Below are positions 37,405 to 45,782 of a stretch of DNA of 64,000 nucleotides, piece by piece; position 1 is the stretch's first letter, and each line of letters starts with the position of its first letter. This DNA comes from Candidatus Versatilivorator sp. (lineage in GTDB: Bacteria; Acidobacteriota; Terriglobia; Versatilivoradales; Versatilivoraceae), in NCBI GenBank assembly GCA_965207735.1, contig OZ242296.1, positions 2,656,001-2,720,000 of the forward strand. Direction: 5' to 3'. A model generated the notes under the pieces. It worked only from the letters and a program-made list of their open reading frames with translations, did not search any database and was not told the origin of the DNA. The position numbers were made by a program, and so were the translations under genes.

Positions 37405-37749
37405 ATGGAGCTGTCTGATTTGGAGTTGCAAGACATGTCAGGATCCAACTCCCACGGCTTCACCAGAAACCTACGCCCAGGGAGTCCGGGTACATTCGTC
37501 TGCCAAGCCTGCGGCGCCCCCTTGGAGGTAGTGGTGCACTTCAACGGACGCATCGTCTGGCCGGTAGAGCCCGGAAACCCCGAATTCGGCGAAGAGCAGC
37601 CATTTCTGCGAGGCGAAACTCGTAAGGTGTCGGTCGTGTGCACCGCCGATGTCTTCCACTCCAGCGGCTACAGCGTGGTGGACGGGGTGTTGGCCGAGAC
37701 CCGGGACACGCGCTCCGGAGACTCGACCCGTCGAAGCCGGACAGACTGA
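37405..37749 (+). CDS. Small hypothetical protein, possible Zn-binding (CxxC...C...H)
   Basis: 'FVCQACGAPL' and 'VVCTADVFH'; start uncertain (37405 or 37435). Confidence 0.55.
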   Translation: MELSDLELQDMSGSNSHGFTRNLRPGSPGTFVCQACGAPLEVVVHFNGRIVWPVEPGNPEFGEEQPFLRGETRKVSVVCTADVFHSSGYSVVDGVLAETRDTRSGDSTRRSRTD

Positions 37750-37850
37750 AAGTCAACCGTCGAAAACGATACCCGGCCAGCCTGACTAAGCCGCTATGGT
37801 ACGGTTCTTAAACGCCATCATCGGTGACGGACCGGCACCCGGAATAGACC

Positions 37851-37880
37851 TTGACAAGGCTTAACTCGGGAATATATAAA
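37851..37880 (+). promoter_or_regulatory. Sigma70-type promoter upstream of the HU gene
   Basis: TTGACA at 37851-37856, TATATA/TATAAA at 37873-37880. Confidence 0.7.
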
Positions 37881-37889
37881 GCTCGCACC

Positions 37890-38185
37890 TTAGCCCGCAT
37901 TTCGGACCGGGGCCTGCGCTCGTAAGGCAAGTGCAGAAGATGGCTCGGGATGTTGCTCTCCAGTTCGTGGTCGCGGCCAAAGAACATGGCGGGGCCACGT
38001 TCGAGGAAGGATAAGCACTGCCAAGTGGATAGGACAATCGGAGACTGCCGGCTGTCGTTCGGGCGCCGAAGGCTCGAAACCAGGCGGCGGCGGACACCGA
38101 AGACAAGCTCTCTATAAACGAAATACCCAGCGACTCGGTGAGAGATGCGGGAATCAGGCCGGCCTTCCGCACTAAATCGGGCTAA
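37890..38185 (+). ncRNA. Candidate ~300-nt structured leader RNA/ncRNA
   Basis: Closing stem TTAGCCCG(c)ATTT / AAATCGGGCTAA and several internal hairpins between the promoter and the HU RBS; no family recognised. Confidence 0.4.
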
Positions 38186-38200
38186 CCAGGAGGGGACACC

Positions 38201-38488
38201 GTGAACAAAGCCGATCTGATTGAAAAAATCGCCAAGGATGCCAAGATCAACAAGACGCAGGCCGACGCCGCCATCAATTCGGCCTTGGCGGGTATTCAGA
38301 GCGCGCTCAGAAAAGGCGAACGAGTGACCTTGGTCGGCTTTGGAACCTTTTCAACAGGTACTCGGAAAGCCAGAACCGGTCGCAATCCCCAGACAGGCGG
38401 CACCATCCAGATCGAGGCCAAGAAAGTCGCCAGGTTCTCCCCCGGAGCCGAACTGAAAGCTGCGGTCAACCGCAAGAAAAAACGGTAG
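38201..38488 (+). CDS. hup: Histone-like DNA-binding protein HU
   Basis: 'MNKADLIEKIA...VTLVGFGTF...ARTGRNPQTG...F.PG.ELK'; AGGAGG RBS. Confidence 0.96.
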   Translation: MNKADLIEKIAKDAKINKTQADAAINSALAGIQSALRKGERVTLVGFGTFSTGTRKARTGRNPQTGGTIQIEAKKVARFSPGAELKAAVNRKKKR

Positions 38489-38636
38489 CGACCAGGCTCG
38501 TATGACGGAGGCTGAAGCTCTGCCCCCAAATTCCTTCCCCTGACGAGGCGCCACGCCACCAGCATGACCGGAACCGGCTGGTCTTTCGCTTGACATCCCG
38601 GACGACTTGCTCCATTTTCAGGGCAGGAACTGAAAA

Positions 38637-39590
38637 ATGCCGGGAAATCCTGAACCCAACCGGAGCGGGAATCATTCCAAGAAGGGACATCGGGGATGGC
38701 TTCCAGTCACAGGCGCTCTCCTGTGCTGCCTCCCTCTGATCCCCAACGGGCTCTTGAAGGCACCAGCTCGCTCCGACCACAGGCCTTTGCCGGTAACTCT
38801 CCACTTGGCGGTAACCGACCGGAACGGGGAACCGGTCGAGAACCTCCAAGCCGCCGACTTCCAGATCTTCGAGAAAAAGAAGCTGCAGCAGGTTACCCGG
38901 GTCCGTTTCGAGAGAAACGTCCCGGTCTCCCTTGGCATTTTGGTCGATGTGAGCAAGAGCATGGAGGGGAACGGAATCCGCCTGGCATTGAAGCTGCTGA
39001 ATCATTTGGCGACCAAGCTGGAGAGTCCGGACGAACTGTTTGTGAACGCCTTCAGCAACGACTCCCAGGAGCTGCTCGATTACATCGCCCCGGAAGACTA
39101 TCTGGAGGACGCCATCGAGAACCTGGGAACCGGCGGCAGGCCGCACATGGGCTTGGCTCTGGATTTGGCCCTGATCAAGTTGCGGGCCGCCAGCAACACC
39201 AATCGTGCCGTCCTGTTCATCTCGGCAGGGCGGGATATCGCCGGGCCAGCGACCCTGGATCACATCGCGCGACACCGTTATCCCGTCTACGCGCTGGGAA
39301 TAGAGGGAGCCATCAGTTTCCGGACAAGGCTCAAGATTCTGAACGTCAAGGGCTCAGCCCTCAAGGTTTACACCAACCATTCCGGTGGATCGGCATATTT
39401 CGTGGAAACGGAAGAAGAGGCCGCCGCCGCCCTGGAGATGCTTCCCTACCAACTCAAGAACCGGTTCGTGCTGGAATACCTTTCCACCCATCCCCAGAGA
39501 GACGGCAAGTCCAGAAGGATTCGGGTCGCGGTGAGTCATCCCCAATACCAGGTCCGACACCTGAAACAGTACCAGGCGCCACGACGCTAG
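38637..39590 (+). CDS. VWA-domain protein (Acidobacteria-type)
   Basis: 'VTDRNGEPVENLQAADFQIFE', 'SLGILVDVSKSM', 'RDGKSRRIRV'. Confidence 0.85.
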   Translation: MPGNPEPNRSGNHSKKGHRGWLPVTGALLCCLPLIPNGLLKAPARSDHRPLPVTLHLAVTDRNGEPVENLQAADFQIFEKKKLQQVTRVRFERNVPVSLGILVDVSKSMEGNGIRLALKLLNHLATKLESPDELFVNAFSNDSQELLDYIAPEDYLEDAIENLGTGGRPHMGLALDLALIKLRAASNTNRAVLFISAGRDIAGPATLDHIARHRYPVYALGIEGAISFRTRLKILNVKGSALKVYTNHSGGSAYFVETEEEAAAALEMLPYQLKNRFVLEYLSTHPQRDGKSRRIRVAVSHPQYQVRHLKQYQAPRR

Positions 39591-39593
39591 CTC

Positions 39594-40475
39594 TCATTTC
39601 TGACACCGGGGGCAGAAATGGCTGCCTCGCTGCGACACGATGATCCGGGAAACCGGGCTGAGGCAGCGACGGCAGGGCTCCCCCGAACGCCCGTAGACCC
39701 TTAGCCGTTCCTGATTGGCCCCTGCCTCACCGCGGGCGTTGACGTAGTTTTGAAAACTGGTGCCGCCGTACCTGAGACCTCGTTTGAGCACCCTTGGGAT
39801 GGACCGGAACAGCTTTCGTTTTTCGTCTTCCGTCAAGGACTCGCAAGGCCGCAGCGGATGGATACCCGACTCAAACAGCGCCTCGTCCACGTAGATGTTC
39901 CCCAAGCCTGCCACAAAATGCTGGTTGAGCAGCAGGCTCTTGATCCGCGTCCTCCTGTTCTCCAATCCAGCCAGGAAGCGAGACCAGGAATATTGAGCGG
40001 TGAAGGGCTCGATGCCCAAGCTCCAGTATTCCTTGGCTTGCTTGAACTCATCCATGGCATAGAGGCGCCATTTGCCGAACTGGCGAATATCCCTGTAGTG
40101 CATGGCATTGCCATCCGTGAAATAGAGGCTCAGATGCGTATGCTTGTCGACGGCATGTTGCCGCGCCTTCTGTAGTCCGGTCACGGGATGGACGAAGAAG
40201 TCGGGGTCATCGATTCTGCTCTTGTCGCGGTAGGTCAACTGGCCCGTCATGCCCAGGTGCACCAGCAACTGAAAATGATCGGTGGTGAAAAGGAGGAATT
40301 TGCCCCGGCGCGAGACTCGCCGGATGGTTTGAGCCTTGAGCTGTCGAGACCAGCGGCCGGGCTGCGGGCGCACCACGATCCGCCGATTTCTGATGGCCAC
40401 TCTGGAGATGGTCTTGCCCAGGACGCTGCCGGCAAGTCCGATTCGGATCGTTTCAACTTCAGGCAGCTCCGGCAT
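39594..40475 (-). CDS. mutM: Formamidopyrimidine-DNA glycosylase
   Basis: MPELPEVE start, 'RRGKFL', 'HLGMTG', 'GLGNIYVDE', C-terminal zinc finger CRRC...CPRCQ. Confidence 0.96.
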   Translation of the reverse strand: MPELPEVETIRIGLAGSVLGKTISRVAIRNRRIVVRPQPGRWSRQLKAQTIRRVSRRGKFLLFTTDHFQLLVHLGMTGQLTYRDKSRIDDPDFFVHPVTGLQKARQHAVDKHTHLSLYFTDGNAMHYRDIRQFGKWRLYAMDEFKQAKEYWSLGIEPFTAQYSWSRFLAGLENRRTRIKSLLLNQHFVAGLGNIYVDEALFESGIHPLRPCESLTEDEKRKLFRSIPRVLKRGLRYGGTSFQNYVNARGEAGANQERLRVYGRSGEPCRRCLSPVSRIIVSQRGSHFCPRCQK

Positions 40476-40506
40476 GCGGTCCCCGGCACCGGTCCAAAGG
40501 GAAACT

Positions 40507-41964
40507 TCAGGATGGACCCGGGTCGAATCGAGCCGACACCCAGGCTGTGGCCTGCCGGCGAGTTTTCACCTGATTTTCCAGTTGAGCATCTCTCAAGGAA
40601 CCGAGAATCTCACGGAAAACCGGCCCGGGAGTATATCCCATTTGAATGAGGTCATTGCCGGTCAGGATTGGCTGGGGGTGGAGCTCTTCAGGGACCGAAC
40701 GCTCCAGCATCTCCGCGGCCAGCCTCCAGTTGTCTAGATTTCCATGGCTGCCGAGGCAATCCAGGCGGTGCAGCTCAAGATGCTCCTCGAAGCCCTCCTG
40801 GCCCAGAAAGCGCTTGAGGGTCGAGGCCCGCATCCGTGGAAGGTCGATGAACTTCAGATGGTCCCTGACCAGTGCAGTGATTCTTTCCTGTTGCTTCCTG
40901 CTGAATCGGAGACGTTCGCAAACCCTGAGCGCCATTCGGGCTCCCACGTCGGCATGCCCGTTGAAGCGGATTCTATCGCTGCGCTCAAAGGTCGAAGGCT
41001 TGCCGATGTCGTGCAACAGTACTCCCATGGCCAGGGTGACCGAAGGATAGGGGACCATCGCTTCTCCAAACGGCACACTCGGCAGGAGAGCGGAACGGTC
41101 CGCCGGCCGGTCCGGGCCTTCACCCCCCGGGAGCTTCCTCTCACTCTTTGTGCCGGACCGGTCCATCAATTCCAACATCAGCAGAGTGTGAACCCAACAG
41201 TCCCCTTCGGGATGAAACTCGGGAGGCTGGGGAACTCCTTGCAAATCGGTCACCTCGGGAAGCAGGTGAACCAGCAGTCCCACCTCTTGCAATCTGCGAA
41301 TTCCGTCGGCAGCATAGCCTTCCGTCAGTACTCTGGCCAGCTCCTCCCGAATGCGCTCGGGGCTCACCCGAGTCACCTCCTCAGCCTGGTCCCGCAATGC
41401 AGCCAGGGTCTCCTTCTCCAATTCATAGCCAAATCGAGCCGCGAACCGAACGGCTCTCACCAACCGTAGCTTGTCTTCCCGGAAACGCAGCTCGGCGGAG
41501 CCGATGGTGCGAATGACGCCGGAGCGGATGTCCCGCTCGCCTCCCACAAAGTCCAGGACCTGCCTGGAGGAAGGATCGTAGAGCATTCCATTGATGGTGA
41601 AGTCACGACGCTGCACGTCCAGCCTGGGGTCGGAGGAGTAGGTCACCCGACTGGGACGCCTGCCATCGGGATAGGCGCCGTCAGAGCGAAAGGTGGCCAC
41701 CTCGTAGCTGCCGCCCTTTTCCAAAACCCGGACCACCCCGAAGGCCGCGCCAACGGCGACCGTCCGTGGAAACAGCCTCCCCACCTCCTGAGGTCGGGCG
41801 CTGGTGGCAATGTCGTAGTCCTTGGGGGCAATGCCCATCAGGCGATCCCGAACACAGCCCCCGACGAAATAGGCCGAAAATCCCGCATCCTGCAGCTTGG
41901 CCGCAATTCTGGCGGCACAGGACTCCGAATTTCCGAAGGGTTGTGATGAGAGGGATTCAGCCAT
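40507..41964 (-). CDS. cca: CCA-adding tRNA nucleotidyltransferase with HD domain
   Basis: 'VGGCVRD', 'DYDIAT', 'RRDFTIN', 'EDKLR', 'HPEGD', 'LLHDIGKP'; likely start MAESLS at 41964. Confidence 0.88.
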   Translation of the reverse strand: MAESLSSQPFGNSESCAARIAAKLQDAGFSAYFVGGCVRDRLMGIAPKDYDIATSARPQEVGRLFPRTVAVGAAFGVVRVLEKGGSYEVATFRSDGAYPDGRRPSRVTYSSDPRLDVQRRDFTINGMLYDPSSRQVLDFVGGERDIRSGVIRTIGSAELRFREDKLRLVRAVRFAARFGYELEKETLAALRDQAEEVTRVSPERIREELARVLTEGYAADGIRRLQEVGLLVHLLPEVTDLQGVPQPPEFHPEGDCWVHTLLMLELMDRSGTKSERKLPGGEGPDRPADRSALLPSVPFGEAMVPYPSVTLAMGVLLHDIGKPSTFERSDRIRFNGHADVGARMALRVCERLRFSRKQQERITALVRDHLKFIDLPRMRASTLKRFLGQEGFEEHLELHRLDCLGSHGNLDNWRLAAEMLERSVPEELHPQPILTGNDLIQMGYTPGPVFREILGSLRDAQLENQVKTRRQATAWVSARFDPGPS

Positions 41965-41968
41965 CGCG

Positions 41969-42622
41969 TCAGTACTTGCGCAGGACCCCAATAACTCTGC
42001 CCTGGATCTCCAATTCTCCTGTCTCCATAAAGATTGGCGCCATGGACGAGTTGGCCGGTTGAAGTCGAAGACGTCCATCTCGTTCGCGATAGAAGCGTTT
42101 CAGCGTGGCTTCGCTCCCTTCCACCAGGGCAACCACCGTATCTCCGTTGTCAGCGCGATTGGTGCTCTCCACCATCACATAGTCTCCATCGCAAATGTGG
42201 TCCTCGATCATGGAGTCTCCCTTGACCTGCAAGACGTAGACATTCTTGTTTCCGACGAACTCCTGCAAGGACAGAACCTCCTGGTTGGCAAAGGCCTCAA
42301 CCGGTCGACCGGCGGCAATTCGACCCAACAAGGGCAGGGACCTGGCGTTCTTCACAGGTCCAGGTTCGCTTTCGGACTCTGCCCTCAGCGCGTTCACTTC
42401 AATCATGGGACGGCGGTCGATGACTTCGATCGAACGACTCCGATTGGGATCCCGCCGAATATAGCCCTTTCGCTGCAGCGTGTTCATGTGCTTGTGCACC
42501 GTAGCCAGCGATGCGAGACCCAGTGCTTTTCTGACTTCGTCGTAGCTGGGGCAATAGCCGTTCCGGCGAACAAAGGCATCCAGGAAAGCAAGCACTCGAT
42601 ATTGACGCTTGGTCAAAGCCAT
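41969..42622 (-). CDS. lexA: SOS repressor LexA
   Basis: 'LTKRQ...PSYDEV...SLATVHKH', cleavage site 'GRIAAG', catalytic 'GDSM' and 'ATLKR'. Confidence 0.96.
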   Translation of the reverse strand: MALTKRQYRVLAFLDAFVRRNGYCPSYDEVRKALGLASLATVHKHMNTLQRKGYIRRDPNRSRSIEVIDRRPMIEVNALRAESESEPGPVKNARSLPLLGRIAAGRPVEAFANQEVLSLQEFVGNKNVYVLQVKGDSMIEDHICDGDYVMVESTNRADNGDTVVALVEGSEATLKRFYRERDGRLRLQPANSSMAPIFMETGELEIQGRVIGVLRKY

Positions 42623-42661
42623 ACTACCCCCTGGACTGCATCGAATTCAGGTCCCTAATGT

Positions 42662-42680
42662 AAGCGAATCAAAAGCGAAG
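42662..42680 (-). promoter_or_regulatory. Putative SOS box (direct repeat, NTTC-N7-NTTC type)
   Basis: AAGCGAA-tcaa-AAGCGAA (11-bp period) about 40 nt upstream of lexA; minus strand reads CTTC-N7-ATTC. Confidence 0.6.
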
Positions 42681-43164
42681 ATCAAATATGTGATCAACCG
42701 CGCCCCCACCCCATACGACGGGGCGGGGGCGCGGTTGATAAGGAATCCGTACTACCGCTGGGAGAAAATCTATTGAGCCTTGAGCCTTTTGCAATATTCT
42801 GCGGGCAAGGGTTTTATGGGTCGCGAGAGGAGTCAGGGAATTCGAGGGGAGGTCCGCTCTGCCCCTAAATGGCCACAAAATGCACAAAAACGGGATCGGG
42901 CAAGACTGGAGCCCGGTTGTGTGCCTTTTGTGCTTTTTGTGGTGGAGCCGTTTCCCCCATTGGCCGGGTAGCGGGAGCTTTCCCGGGAGAAGCCAGGGAA
43001 GAGGTTACTCGCGGGGCAGGTCCGCTCTCTGTTGTTTCATGGAAATGCCCGAATCCGAATTTTGCGAATGAATCGAGAGGGAAACAAGGGACCGACTCCT
43101 GGGCGACCGTCGGTTTATCGAGAGGTCGTCAGCTGGGAACCCATCGTCCTGAATTCAAACGATC

Positions 43165-43230
43165 ATGCCTTCGTGGCCCTTCGTGGATAAGTCTTTTTTC
43201 TTTTGTCGTTTGTCGGTTGTTTCAGACAAG
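43165..43230 (+). repeat. Partial 182-bp-family unit (tail and junction)
   Basis: CCTTCGTGGCCCTTCGTGGATAAGTCTTTTTTCTTTTGTCGTTTGTCGGTTGTTTCAGACAAG. Confidence 0.8.
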
Positions 43231-43249
43231 ACAAGCAGCGCCCGTCCCT

Positions 43250-43756
43250 TCAGGTCACCTGGTTGCCTCTGGCCATGACGACATTGCCCGTCCGTACCAG
43301 CTCGATGATGTTGTACTTGTGAACCATGCGCACCAGAGCGTCGATTTTGTCGGTACCGCCGGTAGCCATCAGAATCATTGAGGACTCGGTGAGATCGAGT
43401 GTCTTGCACTTGAAATGTTCCGCCACCTGAAGAGCCTCGCTGCGATCTTCAGGCCCGACGGCCACCTTGATCAGGACCAACTCCTGCACAACGGCGTTTT
43501 CGCCGGTGTGATCCACGCAGTGCAACACATCGATCAACTTGTTGACCTGCTTGATGATTTGTTCCAATCCCCCCGGATTGCCCTTGGTGGTGATGGTCAT
43601 TCTGGAAAACTCCCCATCCACTGAAGAAGAGACCACCAGGGAATCGATGTTGTAACCGCGCCGGGCAAACACCTGGGCGATCCTGGCCAGCACGCCGGGC
43701 TTGTTGGAAACATAGACGCTCAACGTATGGGTGTCGCGACTCAGTAGGCTTTCCAT
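43250..43756 (-). CDS. ilvN: Acetolactate synthase small subunit
   Basis: ACT domain 'HTLSVYVSNKPGVLARIAQVFARRGYNIDSL'; 'ELVRTG'. Confidence 0.95.
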   Translation of the reverse strand: MESLLSRDTHTLSVYVSNKPGVLARIAQVFARRGYNIDSLVVSSSVDGEFSRMTITTKGNPGGLEQIIKQVNKLIDVLHCVDHTGENAVVQELVLIKVAVGPEDRSEALQVAEHFKCKTLDLTESSMILMATGGTDKIDALVRMVHKYNIIELVRTGNVVMARGNQVT

Positions 43757-43813
43757 AGGGCTTCTCTCGAGGAATCGGCCCCCAACTCGGGGGGGGGCGC
43801 CGAATCGGGCGCG

Positions 43814-45538
43814 CTAAGTAGATCCGGTGGGCTTTTCCAGTCTTCTATTGGGCTTTTCGATCAACATGTCTTCAAGCGCCCTGCCGGCGGGAATCATAGG
43901 ATAGACGTTGTCGGTCTTCTCGCACTCCGCGTTCACCACCGCCGGGCCTTGATCGTAGTCGAGCGCCCTCTGGAGGATCTTTCTGACGTCGGCCGGTCGC
44001 TTCAGGGTGAACCCCTTTGCCCCGGGATAGGCGCCGGCCAGCTTGGCGAAGTCGGGATTCCCCTCCAGATCCACTCCACTCTCGCGTTCTCCGTAGAACA
44101 ACTCCTGCCACTGGCGGACCATGCCCAGGTAGTGGTTGTTGAGGACGATGACCTTGATGGGGAGCCGGTGGACGCAGGCGGTCGAGAGCTCACTCATGGT
44201 CATTTGAAATCCCCCGTCCCCCACCACTGCCACCACCAGATCCCTGGGACGGCCGAACTGGGCGCCGATGGCAGCCGGAAACCCATACCCCATGGTGCCT
44301 GCGCCACCCGAACTGAGCCAGTTGGAGGGGTAGTCCGTCTTGTAGAACTGGGCCGCCCACATCTGATGCTGTCCAACGTCGGTGGACACGATGGCCTTTC
44401 CGCCGGTCAGATTGTGCAACTCATCCAGAACATGCTGCATTTTCAAGCCGCCGCGCCTCTTGTATCTGAGTGGGTATTTCTTTTTGTATCCATCCAGGTG
44501 TCTCAACCAACTGGAGGTGTTCAAGGGCGCCACGTGCCGGATCAGCTCTTCGACGATCTCTCTTGCATCTCCGACACACCAGTGCTGGCATTGGATCATC
44601 TTTCCGATTTCGGCTTCATCGATGTCGATATGGATGCGCACCGCATCCTTGCAGAATCGATGCGGCTGACCGACGATGCGGTCGTCGTAGCGGGAACCGA
44701 TCGACATGACCAGATCGCACTCCACCATGGCCTTGTTGGCATAGGCCGTCCCATGCATCCCCAACATGCCGAGAGAGAGGGGATGGGATTCCGGAAATGC
44801 TCCTTTCCCCAGTAGCGTCGTGGTCACCGGAGCACACAATTTTTCCGCCAGCCTCCTGACGGCGCTGGAAGCATTGGAAACCAGAGCGCCGTGACCCACC
44901 AGCAAGACCGGCTTTCGCGCACGGCTGAGAGCCCCGGCAATCTCCAGGATTTGGCTGTGGTCCGGATTGCTTTCAACCCGATATCCCGGCAAATCCATTT
45001 CGGCGTGAAGATCGCCCGAAAAGGGATTCTGGCTCACGTCCTTGGGAACGTCGATCAGCACCGGTCCCGGACGTCCTGTGCTGGCAATATGGAAGGCCTC
45101 CCTCACGACTCTGGGAATGTCGTTGGTGTTCTTGATCAAGTAGCTGTGCTTGACGATCGGCATGGTCAAGCCGAAGACATCCGCTTCCTGGAAGGCATCC
45201 TTGCCCAACATGGGAGTTACGGTCTGGCCCGTCAGAACCACCATGGGGATGGAATCCATCTGGGCAGTCATTATGCCGGTGACCGTGTTGGTGGCCCCTG
45301 GCCCGCTGGTGACCAGCACAACCCCGGGTCTGCCCGTAGCTCGAGCGTAACCGTCCGCCATGTGGGAAGCCCCTTGTTCGTGTCTGACCAGAATCAGCTT
45401 GATCTTGGTTCTGGTGGTGACCAGAGCATCGAAAATGGGAATCGCCGCTCCGCCGGATAAACCCCAGATGTACTCCACTCCTTCATTTTCCAGGCCTCGA
45501 ACCAAGGCCTGGGCTCCATCCATCGTTTCCTGAGTCAT
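43814..45538 (-). CDS. ilvB: Acetolactate synthase large subunit
   Basis: 'RHEQGA', 'TSGPGATN', 'DVGQHQMW', ThDP motif 'GDGGFQM...NN', 'GMVRQWQ'. Confidence 0.96.
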   Translation of the reverse strand: MTQETMDGAQALVRGLENEGVEYIWGLSGGAAIPIFDALVTTRTKIKLILVRHEQGASHMADGYARATGRPGVVLVTSGPGATNTVTGIMTAQMDSIPMVVLTGQTVTPMLGKDAFQEADVFGLTMPIVKHSYLIKNTNDIPRVVREAFHIASTGRPGPVLIDVPKDVSQNPFSGDLHAEMDLPGYRVESNPDHSQILEIAGALSRARKPVLLVGHGALVSNASSAVRRLAEKLCAPVTTTLLGKGAFPESHPLSLGMLGMHGTAYANKAMVECDLVMSIGSRYDDRIVGQPHRFCKDAVRIHIDIDEAEIGKMIQCQHWCVGDAREIVEELIRHVAPLNTSSWLRHLDGYKKKYPLRYKRRGGLKMQHVLDELHNLTGGKAIVSTDVGQHQMWAAQFYKTDYPSNWLSSGGAGTMGYGFPAAIGAQFGRPRDLVVAVVGDGGFQMTMSELSTACVHRLPIKVIVLNNHYLGMVRQWQELFYGERESGVDLEGNPDFAKLAGAYPGAKGFTLKRPADVRKILQRALDYDQGPAVVNAECEKTDNVYPMIPAGRALEDMLIEKPNRRLEKPTGST

Positions 45539-45736
45539 TTTCTGTGATCAACCCCATAACTGACCGTCATCTTATTCAAAAAGATAGTCATATTTCTCCA
45601 TTTTTTCAAGTCTTAATTTATGTTGAGCTCCTGAGACGTCGATTGATTTGCATCACAGTAGAAAAAGACGAGAATTTCAAGACAAATCAACGATATCTCA
45701 CATGTGATTCTCGAAAAACTCTCGGAAATTACAGAA

Positions 45737-45760
45737 CTGGAGTTACTAATCGAACTCCAG
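45737..45760 (-). terminator. Probable intrinsic terminator downstream of lptD
   Basis: 8-bp stem CTGGAGTT/AACTCCAG followed on the minus strand by TTCTGTAATTT. Confidence 0.5.
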
Positions 45761-45782
45761 GGTTTGTTATGGGGGGAATATA

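Noticed and set aside
37890-38185. tmRNA, RNase P, SRP or group I intron identity for the HU leader
   Set aside because: No tRNA-like ends, tag frame, GAGGAAAGUCC, SRP loop or P7 signature was seen; kept only as an unassigned structured RNA candidate.
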